Source: Clostridia bacterium
Lineage (GTDB): Bacteria; Bacillota; Clostridia; Oscillospirales; Acutalibacteraceae
Length of the DNA stretch: 64,000 nt
Assembly (NCBI GenBank): GCA_017516315.1
Contig: JAFXDE010000054.1
Location: 15,251 to 79,250 of the forward strand
Direction of reading: 5' to 3'
The position numbers and the translations under genes were made by a program. Below the pieces are notes generated by a model. It saw nothing but the letters and a program-made list of their open reading frames with translations, was not told the DNA's origin and did no database searches. Shown here piece by piece: positions 44,523-54,258 of this stretch (positions are counted from its first letter, which is position 1; each line of letters starts with the position of its first letter).

Positions 44523-47363
44523 GTGAGCATAAAGGTCAGTGTTATTATGGCGGTTCATAATGGGGGAGAGAAGTTAAAAAAATCTCTTGACTGTCTGAAA
44601 AATCAAAGCCTTAAGGACATAGAAATCATAATGGTTGACGCCCGTTCTGACGACTCGACAGCCGAAATAATGAAATCCTACACTCAGGATAAGCGCTTCG
44701 TTTTTTATTCCTTTGACGGGGTGAGTGTTTCCGAAAGCAGAAACTATGCTCTGACTCTTGCCAAGGGTAAATATGTCTCCTTCTGTGACAGTAATGTTAT
44801 TTTTACTAAAAATCTTCTCAGGGAAATGTACGAAACTGCACGGGAGAAGGATGCGGATTTGTGCGTGTCTCCTATGGCGAGCAGCGATATTTACGGAAAG
44901 CATGAGTTTACCTCATCGAGTATCCTTTCTAAGGAAAGGGTTACGGATAAATTTGATATTAATCTTATATGGAATCCTGCCGTAACCAATAAAATTTTCA
45001 AAAGAGAAAAAATCGAGGCTGTTTCTGCCTTCTTTTCTCCCTACGGAAAGGCAAGAGAAGCGGCTTTTTCCATCCCCTTTGCATTAGCGAGTAATATTAT
45101 CGTTTCCTGCTCGAAAAGCTCCGTAGTTTATATCGATCCCGTAAAGAATGAAGGCGTTTCGGAATTTCCGATTGAGCAGTATCTCGATGCCTATGAATAT
45201 ATAATCAGTAAGGCGGAAGCAGCCTTCGGAGAAGCTGAGGAAGACGCTAAAAATGACTTCGATAAAAAGGAACTGAAAAAACAAAAAATCTGTTATATAG
45301 ACCAGATATACCATAAGGAAATAACTGTCCTTCTTTACAGCTATTACCGTCATTTCTGGTCTCTTGACGATGAGACCATAAAAAAATATGCAGACATTAT
45401 TATGTCTCTTTACTCTAAGCTCTCCAAAAAGGGTAAGGGTCAGCTGCGTAGAAAGAATAAGGATATTTTCTACGGCGAGGAGCTTATAACAGCGAAAAAA
45501 GAAATGGCTGAAAGGCCTAAGGCTACACTCTGTATAGGGCCTGTATCTGAGAAGCAGGAAAAAAAGAAGGAAAGCCTTTTTGCGCTTGTAGAGTCCGTAT
45601 ATAATCAGACTATGCCTACCTTTGAGCTGTTTGTAGATGAAAGTCTCAGAGACGGCTTCCCCGAGGAATACAGAAAAGCGGAAAATCTTATTTTTATTAA
45701 AAGTGATTCTGCGGCTGAATTTAAGGATTTGTGTCTTGATATGTGTCACACTGATTACATAATGTTCCAGGAGTGCTCTGTTACACTTAATCCTAAAATT
45801 CTTATGAGACACTATTCTGTTCTCGAGGGAAGAGACAGATACGGCTTTTCTACTTCTCTGCTTACTCGCTTTGACGGCTCGAATACAGGTGAATATGCTT
45901 TTTCGGATTTGTTTTTTGAATCGGAAAAGGATAAAAACCGTATTCTTCCTCAGGATAAAACCTTCCTGCTGGATCTGTTTTTCAGTAATAAGCTGTTCCG
46001 TGCAGAGCATCTTAAGGGTATACATTTCGCTTTTTCGGATAATCCTGTATACGATATGTACAAGCTTTATAAGCATTCACGCTTTAAAAAGATTTTTCAC
46101 CGCGGAACCTATTTCAGCGTAAGCGAGGAGCAGGCAGTTTCTTATCTTCGCAAGGAAGAGAGATTACTCGACGAAAATAAAAGAAAAATCTATAAAAATT
46201 ATAAGCTGAATTATTTAAGAGATGTAAAGCTTAAAAATATAAAGGAAAAAATTAAAAGCAAAATATCTGCCTCGGTCAGATATGTTTACACCTTAACCGA
46301 TTATATCTTTACCTTTATTTTTTCTTCTATGAAGGTTCAGGACAGAGTCTTTTTCTACACGGGAAGAACTACGGGTGAGCCTGACGAAAATCTCGCTCAG
46401 CTTTATAAAAGCTGTACGGAGAAAAAGGTCCTCTTTGCCAAGGTTAAGCCTCACGGCTTCAGAGATCTTGTCAGAAAGAGATACTACCTCTTTACCAGTA
46501 AAGTAATCGTCACCGATGATTATATCTATCATCTGTGTAAGCATAAGCTCAAGCAAGAGCAGAAGCTTATCCAGGTGTGGTATACGGGCGGCGCTCTTAA
46601 AAAAATGGGTATCGACGGCCCCTCTGTTCTTACGGATTTCGATGAATACAGGACTCATTCTCAATACAGCGACTTCTGCGTTTCCTCAGAGTATGTCCGT
46701 CAGTATTACTGCCATGCCTTTGGTCTGGACAGGGAAGTGGTCAAGGCTGTGGGAACACCGCGCTCTGACCTTATAGTTAATAAAAATATCAAGGATAAAA
46801 ACAAAAAGGAAATTTGCTCCAAGCATCCGCTTCTCAGAAATAAAAAGGTATATCTTTACTGTCCTACCGTCAGAATCAAGGAGGATGTTATTATTCCTTT
46901 TTCACCGAAGATTGAGTGGACGAGGCTTGATGATGAGCTTGATGACGATGAGGTATTTATTATCTGCCGCCATCCGTCAATGAAGGACGAATTTATCAAG
47001 GGAAGATTCTTCTCGAGAGTCAAGGACTATACATTCGAAAATACCAGCGAGCTTTTAGCTGTAGCTGATGTAATCGTAACGGACTATTCCTCCGTGGTTT
47101 TCGATGCTTCCTTAATGGATAAGCCGACGGTATTTTACTGCCCCGATTATGATGAATTTAAGGACGACACCTATCTCGATTATGAAAAGGAGCTTCCCGG
47201 TGAGATGATTATGAAATCCGATGAGCTTCTGCCTGCTTTGCGTCGCGCCGAAGAGGTATCTTCCGCTGAAATCAGAGCGATGTTTAACGAAAAGCAGATG
47301 GGCGCCTGCGACGGCAAAAGCACGGAAAGAATACTTTCTATGATAAAAAATTATTTGAAATAA
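44523..47363 (+). CDS. multidomain teichoic/cell-wall polymer synthase: two GT2-like domains plus CDP-glycerol glycerophosphotransferase (TagF-like) domain
   Basis: VSVIMAVHNGGEKLKKSLDCLKNQS...MVDARSDDST (GT2), a second degenerate GT2 segment near aa 330-440, and a C-terminal LIQVWYTGGALKKMG ... VTDYSSVVFDASLMDKPTVFYCPDYDEF. GTG start. Confidence 0.75.
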   Translation: MSIKVSVIMAVHNGGEKLKKSLDCLKNQSLKDIEIIMVDARSDDSTAEIMKSYTQDKRFVFYSFDGVSVSESRNYALTLAKGKYVSFCDSNVIFTKNLLREMYETAREKDADLCVSPMASSDIYGKHEFTSSSILSKERVTDKFDINLIWNPAVTNKIFKREKIEAVSAFFSPYGKAREAAFSIPFALASNIIVSCSKSSVVYIDPVKNEGVSEFPIEQYLDAYEYIISKAEAAFGEAEEDAKNDFDKKELKKQKICYIDQIYHKEITVLLYSYYRHFWSLDDETIKKYADIIMSLYSKLSKKGKGQLRRKNKDIFYGEELITAKKEMAERPKATLCIGPVSEKQEKKKESLFALVESVYNQTMPTFELFVDESLRDGFPEEYRKAENLIFIKSDSAAEFKDLCLDMCHTDYIMFQECSVTLNPKILMRHYSVLEGRDRYGFSTSLLTRFDGSNTGEYAFSDLFFESEKDKNRILPQDKTFLLDLFFSNKLFRAEHLKGIHFAFSDNPVYDMYKLYKHSRFKKIFHRGTYFSVSEEQAVSYLRKEERLLDENKRKIYKNYKLNYLRDVKLKNIKEKIKSKISASVRYVYTLTDYIFTFIFSSMKVQDRVFFYTGRTTGEPDENLAQLYKSCTEKKVLFAKVKPHGFRDLVRKRYYLFTSKVIVTDDYIYHLCKHKLKQEQKLIQVWYTGGALKKMGIDGPSVLTDFDEYRTHSQYSDFCVSSEYVRQYYCHAFGLDREVVKAVGTPRSDLIVNKNIKDKNKKEICSKHPLLRNKKVYLYCPTVRIKEDVIIPFSPKIEWTRLDDELDDDEVFIICRHPSMKDEFIKGRFFSRVKDYTFENTSELLAVADVIVTDYSSVVFDASLMDKPTVFYCPDYDEFKDDTYLDYEKELPGEMIMKSDELLPALRRAEEVSSAEIRAMFNEKQMGACDGKSTERILSMIKNYLK

Positions 47364-47370
47364 ATAACAG

Positions 47371-47408
47371 AACTCCCGATTCCGAGCGATTTCGGGAGTT
47401 TTCATTTT
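47371..47408 (+). terminator. rho-independent terminator
   Basis: 9-bp stem AACTCCCGA / TCGGGAGTT followed by a T-rich tail. Confidence 0.7.
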
Positions 47409-47494
47409 GAGAGATTTTTTACCTGTGATATTTTTTTCTTTCGGACACAAATTATATCTGCGGCTGAAAAAAACAGCGTGTTCGGAGGTGAAAA

Positions 47495-48718
47495 ATGGTA
47501 AAGAGTATTAAAGTAATAAGAACGGTTATGCTGACTGTTACATCAGTTCTTTTATGTCTTTTGGTTTACGGGTTTTATGCAGTACCCGATGAACTTTACT
47601 GCATATCTGACAAAAGAGAAAGTGTAAATGAAATTTATACTATAACCTACGGTAAAAAAATCAGCTCCGTCGGACAAAGGAATACCGGTCAGAGTGATAA
47701 GTACGAGGCTGAAGTAAGTCTTCTTAATGTTATTCCCGTAAAAAGATCCTCGGTAACTGTAAAAAACAGAGATTATGTGGAGATTTCGGGAGAGCTTTTC
47801 GGATTAAGACTTTTCACCGAGGGCGTTATGATAGTAGGAACCGATGAAGTCGATACGGAAACGGGTGCTGTTTCCCCGGCGAAGAGTGCGGGACTTCAGA
47901 AGGGCGATGTCATTTACTCTCTTAACGGAACTAAGGTAAAGACAAGTCAGCAGGTTTCGGAAATTTTTCTGAAGGCCGGTGCCGAAGCTTTGACTATGGA
48001 ATATCTTCGCGACGATAAGCTGAATACTGTTAAGTTTTCTTTAGCGTACAGTGTTTCAGAGGGAAAATATAAAGCGGGTCTTTGGATAAGAGACAGCGCA
48101 GCAGGTATAGGTACGATGACCTTCTACGATGTAGGAACAGGTATGTTTGCTTCTTTGGGACACGGGGTATGCGATGTAGATACCGGTGAAATCCTGCCTC
48201 TTTCTAACGGAGATATAGTTTCTGCCTATATAAGCGGATGCTATAAGGGTAAAAGCGGTAAAGCCGGTGAGCTTTGCGGTGCTTTCAACCCGGAAGTAAA
48301 GGGACAGCTTTTATGTAACTGCGAAACGGGTGTATACGGTAAAACGGATAAGATAAGTGCCAAATCACTGATGCCCGTAGCGGCTAAAAGCGAGGTAAAA
48401 ACAGGTAAGGCTCAGATTATATCCACAGTAGATAAAAACGGCCCTGAATATTATGATATAGAAATAACTAAGGTAACAGACAGCTCGTCACAGAATAAGA
48501 ATATGGTAATAAAAGTAACAGATAATAAACTGATAGAAAAAACAGGCGGAATAGTTCAGGGAATGAGTGGCTCACCTATAATACAGGATAATATGCTTGT
48601 CGGTGCCGTAACTCATGTATTTGTCAGTGACCCGACACAGGGTTATGCCATTTTCGCCGAAACGATGCTTGAAAAAGCGAGAAGCCTTTACAGAGAAGAT
48701 TTGTCAGCCGCATCATAA
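47495..48718 (+). CDS. spoIVB: SpoIVB peptidase (S55)
   Basis: N-terminal TM, PDZ (SPAKSAGLQKGDVIYSLNG), AGIGTMTFYD, and catalytic GMSGSPII. RBS GGAGGTG. Confidence 0.85.
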   Translation: MVKSIKVIRTVMLTVTSVLLCLLVYGFYAVPDELYCISDKRESVNEIYTITYGKKISSVGQRNTGQSDKYEAEVSLLNVIPVKRSSVTVKNRDYVEISGELFGLRLFTEGVMIVGTDEVDTETGAVSPAKSAGLQKGDVIYSLNGTKVKTSQQVSEIFLKAGAEALTMEYLRDDKLNTVKFSLAYSVSEGKYKAGLWIRDSAAGIGTMTFYDVGTGMFASLGHGVCDVDTGEILPLSNGDIVSAYISGCYKGKSGKAGELCGAFNPEVKGQLLCNCETGVYGKTDKISAKSLMPVAAKSEVKTGKAQIISTVDKNGPEYYDIEITKVTDSSSQNKNMVIKVTDNKLIEKTGGIVQGMSGSPIIQDNMLVGAVTHVFVSDPTQGYAIFAETMLEKARSLYREDLSAAS

Positions 48719-48735
48719 AAGCCTCTGAAAGGATA

Positions 48736-48787
48736 TAAAAAAACAGAAATCTCTGAAGCTTTGCCGATGAAATTTCTGTTTTTTTGC
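48736..48787. terminator. bidirectional terminator
   Basis: AAAAAACAGAAAT ... ATTTCTGTTTTTTT stem with flanking A/T runs. It lies between convergent genes, and the loop is rather large. Confidence 0.55.
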
Positions 48788-48792
48788 TTTAT

Positions 48793-49629
48793 TTATTTTT
48801 TGTCAAGATATCTCTCTACCGCGTCCTCCCAGTGAGGCAGCAGGCTGAAGCCGGCTTTCAAAAGAGAACTTTTGCTCATTCTCGAGTTTTTAGGTCTTTT
48901 GGCGGGAGTGATGTATTCTTCGCTGGTTACGGGATTTACCTTCATAGGAATGTTTTTGTATTCGAAAACCTTTTTGGCTAATTCATACCAGGAGCAGAAG
49001 CCTTCATTTGTTCCGTGATAAATACCGTATTTTTCCGTCTGTGCCATCTGAGTGATAAGGTCAGCCAGGTCAGAAGAATAGGTGGGAGAACCTACCTGGT
49101 CGCAGACAACATTGATTTCCTCTCTTGTTTCTGAAAGTCGGAGCATAGTAGCGATAAAATTTCTGTCCTGTTCACCGAAAACCCAGGATGTACGGACTAT
49201 GAAATATTTCTCGCAGAGACTCATTACTGCCTTTTCACCCTCGTATTTACTTTTTCCGTAAACGGAAAGGGGAGATTTTTCGTCGTCGGCCTCGAAAGGC
49301 ATTTCGCCCTCACCGGAAAAAACATAATCGGTGCTGATGTAAATGACAGCGGAATTTTTTTCCTTGCATACACGGGCTAAATTTTCAGTACCCTTTGCAT
49401 TGATTGCATAGCAGAGCTCTTTCTCTTCCTCGGCCTTGTCTACGGCAGTATATGCGGCACAGTGGATAAGCACATCAAAGTCGATTTTTTCGAAAAAGCT
49501 TATGACCTCTTTTTCCGATGTTATATCAACATCGTTTTTATCTATACCCTTATGAGGAATTTTTTTTTCTTTTAATATCCGGCAAACATCGCCGCCGAGC
49601 TGCCCGAGGGCACCTGTAACAATAATCAT
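48793..49629 (-). CDS. rfbD: dTDP-4-dehydrorhamnose reductase
   Basis: MIIVTGALGQLG Rossmann start and YGKSKYEGE (YxxxK). Confidence 0.85.
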   Translation of the reverse strand: MIIVTGALGQLGGDVCRILKEKKIPHKGIDKNDVDITSEKEVISFFEKIDFDVLIHCAAYTAVDKAEEEKELCYAINAKGTENLARVCKEKNSAVIYISTDYVFSGEGEMPFEADDEKSPLSVYGKSKYEGEKAVMSLCEKYFIVRTSWVFGEQDRNFIATMLRLSETREEINVVCDQVGSPTYSSDLADLITQMAQTEKYGIYHGTNEGFCSWYELAKKVFEYKNIPMKVNPVTSEEYITPAKRPKNSRMSKSSLLKAGFSLLPHWEDAVERYLDKK

Positions 49630-49641
49630 CGTATCACCTTA

Positions 49642-50193
49642 TCAGTAAATGAAATCTACATCGCTGTCACGGAGACAGGGAGCGTTTTTATCCTTTTCGG
49701 AAAGAACAGGGGAGACAACACCCCAGTTTACACCGATTTCCTTATCGTCGAATCGGATGCTTCTGTCGCTTTCTTTGTTATAATATCCGTCTACCTTATA
49801 AAGAACCTCTACATTATCCGTAAGAGTCAGAAAGCCGTGGCCGAAGCCCTTAGGAATATAGAGCATATTTTTATTCTCTTCAGTAAGCACGGCACTTATC
49901 CATTTGAGATAAGTGGGGGAGCCTTTCCTTAAATCCACGGCTACATCGAGTATTTCACCCTTTGTACAGCAGATGAGCTTAGTCTGGGCATAGGGAGCTT
50001 TCTGAAAATGTATACCGCGAAGGGTACCCTTTTCGGCAGAAAAGGAACGGTTATCCTGTACGAATACCGTGTCGATTCCGAGCTCCTTTAATTTTTCGTA
50101 GTTATAGGATTCATAAAACCAGCCTCTGTTATCGCCGAAAACCTGAGGCTCGATAAGCTTTACCTCGGGTAAGTCCGTATTGATTATCTTCAT
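49642..50193 (-). CDS. rfbC: dTDP-4-dehydrorhamnose 3,5-epimerase
   Basis: FGDNRGWF, LRGIHFQ and PKGFGHGF cupin motifs. ATG 50193 follows AAGGTGA. Confidence 0.9.
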   Translation of the reverse strand: MKIINTDLPEVKLIEPQVFGDNRGWFYESYNYEKLKELGIDTVFVQDNRSFSAEKGTLRGIHFQKAPYAQTKLICCTKGEILDVAVDLRKGSPTYLKWISAVLTEENKNMLYIPKGFGHGFLTLTDNVEVLYKVDGYYNKESDRSIRFDDKEIGVNWGVVSPVLSEKDKNAPCLRDSDVDFIY

Positions 50194-50323
50194 AAATATC
50201 ACCTTTTATCCTTATTAGTTAGATTATACTATCTGCCCGAATAATAGTCAATAATAATTTTCTTGACAATTAGGCTTAAAATACATAAAATACATATAAA
50301 AGCTACAGAGAAGAGGTGAGATA

Positions 50324-51523
50324 ATGACAGCGGGAATAGTGTGTGAATATAATCCCTTCCACAAGGGTCACCTTTATCATATAAGAAAAACCAAGGAAGC
50401 GGGAGCAGATTTTATCGTCTGTGTAATGAGTGGAAATTTTGTGCAGAGAGGCGAGTGCGCCTTTGCTGACAAATGGACGAGAGCGAAAGCGGCTGTTTTA
50501 TGCGGCGCCGATGTCGTTATCGACCTTCCCGTTCCCTGGGCCTGTGCTTCGGCGGAAAATTTCGCTAAGGGCAGTATAGGACTTCTTTGTGACTTCGGCA
50601 TAGATATGCTTTCCTTCGGCAGCGAATGGGAGGATGCGGAGCTTCTTAAGAGATGTGCCGAGGCTCTCGATGATGCAAATGTAGGCTCTTTACTTAAAGA
50701 TAAAATGTCCTCAGGTCTTTCTTATCCTTCGGCGCTCTGTGAGTCGGTAGGAGAGCTTTACGGTGAAAGAGAAAAGTCAGTTCTTTCTTCTCCGAACAGC
50801 ACTCTGGCTGTGGAATACATCCGTGCGCTGAATAAAATTTCACCTGAGGTAAGGCTGCTTCCCGTTAAAAGAAAGGGCAGCGGCCACGACAGCGGTGAGG
50901 TAATCGGAGACACTGCGAGTGCGAGTAAAATCCGTGCCTTTGAAAGGCTTTCCGACAGCGAAAATTATATTCCCGAAAAGGCTTACTGCCTTTTGAAAGA
51001 GGCTTTCAATGACGGAAACGGGCCGTACAGAATTAAAACAGGCGAAAGAGCCGTTCTTTCCGTATTGCGCGAAATGAAAAAGGAAGAGTGTTCTGTTTAT
51101 GTCACCGATTCATCGGGTCTGGCAAACAGACTTTATGATGCCGTAAAGACTGCTGATTCTCCGGAAGCTCTCTGCGAAAAAGCGAAAAGCAAAAACTTTA
51201 CCCTTTCCCGTGTACGCCGCGAGCTTATAAATCTTTTCCTTAAAATACCTAAGGATATGTCAAAGGAAAAGGTTCCTTATATGCGTATTCTCGCCGTAAG
51301 CGAAAAAGGAGTCGGTCTTTTAGGCAGGGCGAAGGAGAATTCCTCCGTTCCCGTTATCACACGACACAGCGAAGCAGCCATGCTTTCGGAAAAGGCCAAA
51401 GAGGTTTATGAAATTCAGTGTGCAGCTACGGATAAGTTCGGACTCTTTACTGAAAGAATAAGAGAATGCTCCCTCGAACAGAAAAATTCGATGAAAATAA
51501 TAAGCCGACCCGACGGTCAATAA
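50324..51523 (+). CDS. tmcAL: tRNA(Met) cytidine acetate ligase (YlbM/UPF0348 nucleotidyltransferase)
   Basis: N-terminal GIVCEYNPFHKGHLYHI signature. Confidence 0.8.
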   Translation: MTAGIVCEYNPFHKGHLYHIRKTKEAGADFIVCVMSGNFVQRGECAFADKWTRAKAAVLCGADVVIDLPVPWACASAENFAKGSIGLLCDFGIDMLSFGSEWEDAELLKRCAEALDDANVGSLLKDKMSSGLSYPSALCESVGELYGEREKSVLSSPNSTLAVEYIRALNKISPEVRLLPVKRKGSGHDSGEVIGDTASASKIRAFERLSDSENYIPEKAYCLLKEAFNDGNGPYRIKTGERAVLSVLREMKKEECSVYVTDSSGLANRLYDAVKTADSPEALCEKAKSKNFTLSRVRRELINLFLKIPKDMSKEKVPYMRILAVSEKGVGLLGRAKENSSVPVITRHSEAAMLSEKAKEVYEIQCAATDKFGLFTERIRECSLEQKNSMKIISRPDGQ

Positions 51524-51566
51524 AATATGAGATCGGATATACGGAGCCTTGTTATTTTAAAAAAAT

Positions 51567-51606
51567 AACGCTGACAGTGTCTGTGCTGCCAGCGTTTTAC
51601 TTTTAT
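51567..51606. terminator. terminator between convergent tmcAL and mtaB
   Basis: Stem AACGCTG..CAG / CTG..CAGCGTT followed by TTTTACTTTT. Confidence 0.6.
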
Positions 51607-52892
51607 TCCCTTTCACCGATGCAGAAATCGTCGGATGAAACCTCTTTTATAATCACATCGGCTGTCTTATGGCACATTTCCTCGGAAAACCTCGCCTTTA
51701 CGGGAATGTAGTTTGCCGTGTGACCGCAGAAATAACCGTCATTATCTGCTGTTTCGAAAAGCACCGAATATTTTTTACCGATCTGATTTCTGAAAAAGCT
51801 GAGTCTGATTTCTTCGGCTGTCTGTGTCATCAGACGGCTTCTTTCTTCCTTTGTCTTTTTATCAATTTGACCGCCAAAGGACTCCGCCTTGGTTCCCTTT
51901 CTTACGGAGTAGGGGAAAACGTGAACCTTTTCGAAGGCTATTTCCTTTACGAAATCAAGACTTTCTCTGAAGTCCTCCTCGCTTTCACCTGCGAATCCAA
52001 CCATTACATCGGTGGTGAGAGTACAGTCCTTAAAGCTTTTACGGAGCTTACGGCAGATTTGTCTGTATTCGTCGGCAGTATAGTGCCTGTTCATTTTTTT
52101 TAGAGTGTTGTCGCAGCCGCTTTGCAGAGAAATGTGGAACTGAGGACAGAGCTTTTCACATTCAGCGAGCTTTTCGATTACCTCATCGGTGAGGTGGTCG
52201 GGCTCGAGTGAGCCTAAGCGTACTCTTTCTATACCCCGCGTATCATTGGCTGTTTTTACAGCGTCGGGGAAGGTAATGCCGATATCTGAGCCGTAGGAGG
52301 AAAGATTTATGCCTACCAAAACTACCTCCTTATATCCGCCCTTTGCAAGGGTTTCCAGCTCTGCTTTAAGCTCATCGAGAGGCTTTGAGCGCACTCTTCC
52401 GCGGGAATAGGGGATGATACAGTAGGAACAGAATCGGTTACAGCCGTCCTGTATTTTAATGTAGGCTCTCGTTCTCTCCTCGAAGCGGCTGATGGTTGAG
52501 CCCGAAAAGCTGTCACCCTTTTTATGCTCCTTTATCTCGAAAACTCTCGAGCCGAATTTTAAAAACTGCTCTATAGCGTCAGCGATTTCCTCGTTATTTC
52601 TGTTACCGAGGATAATGTCAGCCTCGAGAAGCTCCTTTGATTTTTCGGGGTAGGCCTGGGGCATACATCCGGTTAGGACAACTATGGCATCGGGGTTGTT
52701 TCTTTTGAAGCGCCTTACTGCCTGTCTTGTCTTCTGGTCTGCAGAGGCAGTTACCGTGCAGGAGTTCACTATGAAAATGTCTGCTTTTCCCTCGGTTACG
52801 GTTTCGTAGCCTCTTTTACTGAGTGCTTCGCTTATAGCCTGGCTTTCGTACTGATTTACTTTACAGCCTAAAGTGTAAAATTTAACTTTCAT
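51603..52892 (-). CDS. mtaB: tRNA (t6A37) methylthiotransferase
   Basis: MKVKFYTLGCKVNQYES UPF0004 start, radical-SAM CNRFCSYC, and a C-terminal TRAM-like domain. Confidence 0.85.
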   Translation of the reverse strand: MKVKFYTLGCKVNQYESQAISEALSKRGYETVTEGKADIFIVNSCTVTASADQKTRQAVRRFKRNNPDAIVVLTGCMPQAYPEKSKELLEADIILGNRNNEEIADAIEQFLKFGSRVFEIKEHKKGDSFSGSTISRFEERTRAYIKIQDGCNRFCSYCIIPYSRGRVRSKPLDELKAELETLAKGGYKEVVLVGINLSSYGSDIGITFPDAVKTANDTRGIERVRLGSLEPDHLTDEVIEKLAECEKLCPQFHISLQSGCDNTLKKMNRHYTADEYRQICRKLRKSFKDCTLTTDVMVGFAGESEEDFRESLDFVKEIAFEKVHVFPYSVRKGTKAESFGGQIDKKTKEERSRLMTQTAEEIRLSFFRNQIGKKYSVLFETADNDGYFCGHTANYIPVKARFSEEMCHKTADVIIKEVSSDDFCIGERE

Positions 52893-53018
52893 TTTAATCC
52901 GCCTTGTTATTGTTGTCTAAGTAATTATAAAACAATATCCGATAATATTCAAGGGTTTGTTTTATTTTACCTTTTACTTTCATATTTATTACGGAAAACT
53001 AATTTCGAGGTGATAAAT

Positions 53019-54173
53019 ATGAAAAGGTCCGTAGCCTTAATAACATCAATGATATTTTTCTTAACACTTTTCACTTTTTCCGTCTGTGCAGAGAATGAAA
53101 GTGAAATAACGGTCAATGCTGAAAGTGGGGTGCTTATGGATGTGCAGACGGGTCAGGTGCTTTATTCATTTAATGAGTATAAACAGCTTTACCCGGCCTC
53201 TGTTACCAAGATAATGCCCATGCTTCTTTTTATGGAGGCTCTTGACAGCGGAAAGCTTTCTCTCACCGATGTGGTAACCGCAAGCCCCGATGCGGCATCA
53301 AAGGGCGGCAGTCAGATATGGCTCAAGGAAGGGGAGCAGATGACCGTAGATGAGCTTCTGCGCGCCACGGCTATAGCCAGCGCAAACGATGCCTGTACGG
53401 CTCTCGGTGAGCATATAGCCGGAAGTGAAAGCGCATTCGTAAAAATGATGAATGACAGGGCGAAGGCTCTCGGAATGAAAAACACTAATTTTGTCAACTG
53501 CTCGGGTCTTGACGACGATACAACGGAGCATCTGACCACAGCCTATGATATTGCACTGATGTCCTGCGAGCTTTTAAGGCACGAAAAGATTACGGATTAC
53601 ACCACCGTATGGATGGATTCTCTCCGTGACGGTGCCACACAGCTCGTCAATACTAACCGTCTGGTTCGATTTTACAAGGGCACAACGGGACTCAAAACGG
53701 GTACTACCTCTAAGGCGGGACACTGTCTGTCGGCCTCAGCTGAAAGAAACGGTCTTCATCTCGTTGCCGTAGTTATGGGCGCTAAAAACAGCACGGACCG
53801 CTTTGAGGGCGCCAAGGCTATGCTTGACTGGGGCTTTGCTAACTACGAAAGCTTTATACCTGAAATCGATTTATCCTCTCTTTCTCAGGTGAGAGTGCTT
53901 AAGGGAATTGAAGCTTATCTGGAGCCTAAGCTTCCGAAGGTCGGAAGGCTGACTCTGAAAAGCGGACAAAAGCAGTCACTGGAAACGAAAATCACGCTCT
54001 GTGAGGATGTGGAAGCACCCGTAGAAGAGAATCAGATTCTCGGTAAAATCGAGCTTATGCTCGGTGATAAGACCGTAGCGGAATATAATCTTACGGCTGA
54101 AGAGAGTGTCGGAAGGATAAATTTTCTTATTATGGCGGAAAGAATTATAAAAAGTCTCACAAAAGGTTGTTAA
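53019..54173 (+). CDS. D-alanyl-D-alanine carboxypeptidase (S11, PBP5-type)
   Basis: Signal peptide, SVTKIM (SxxK), SANDA (SxN), KTGTT (KTG) and a C-terminal PBP5_C-like domain. Confidence 0.85.
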   Translation: MKRSVALITSMIFFLTLFTFSVCAENESEITVNAESGVLMDVQTGQVLYSFNEYKQLYPASVTKIMPMLLFMEALDSGKLSLTDVVTASPDAASKGGSQIWLKEGEQMTVDELLRATAIASANDACTALGEHIAGSESAFVKMMNDRAKALGMKNTNFVNCSGLDDDTTEHLTTAYDIALMSCELLRHEKITDYTTVWMDSLRDGATQLVNTNRLVRFYKGTTGLKTGTTSKAGHCLSASAERNGLHLVAVVMGAKNSTDRFEGAKAMLDWGFANYESFIPEIDLSSLSQVRVLKGIEAYLEPKLPKVGRLTLKSGQKQSLETKITLCEDVEAPVEENQILGKIELMLGDKTVAEYNLTAEESVGRINFLIMAERIIKSLTKGC

Positions 54174-54258
54174 TAATATCAATATTAAGGTTGACAAATC
54201 CCATATTTTGTATTAAAATACAGAAAATACTACAATTATATATTCAGGAGTACAACGT

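Noticed and set aside
45084-46076. 330-aa minus-strand ORF inside the TagF-like gene
   Set aside because: It is antisense to a strongly supported plus-strand CDS with clear GT2/TagF motifs. The translation is low-complexity (K/F/I/L-rich) with no start context. It is a shadow ORF of AT-rich coding DNA.
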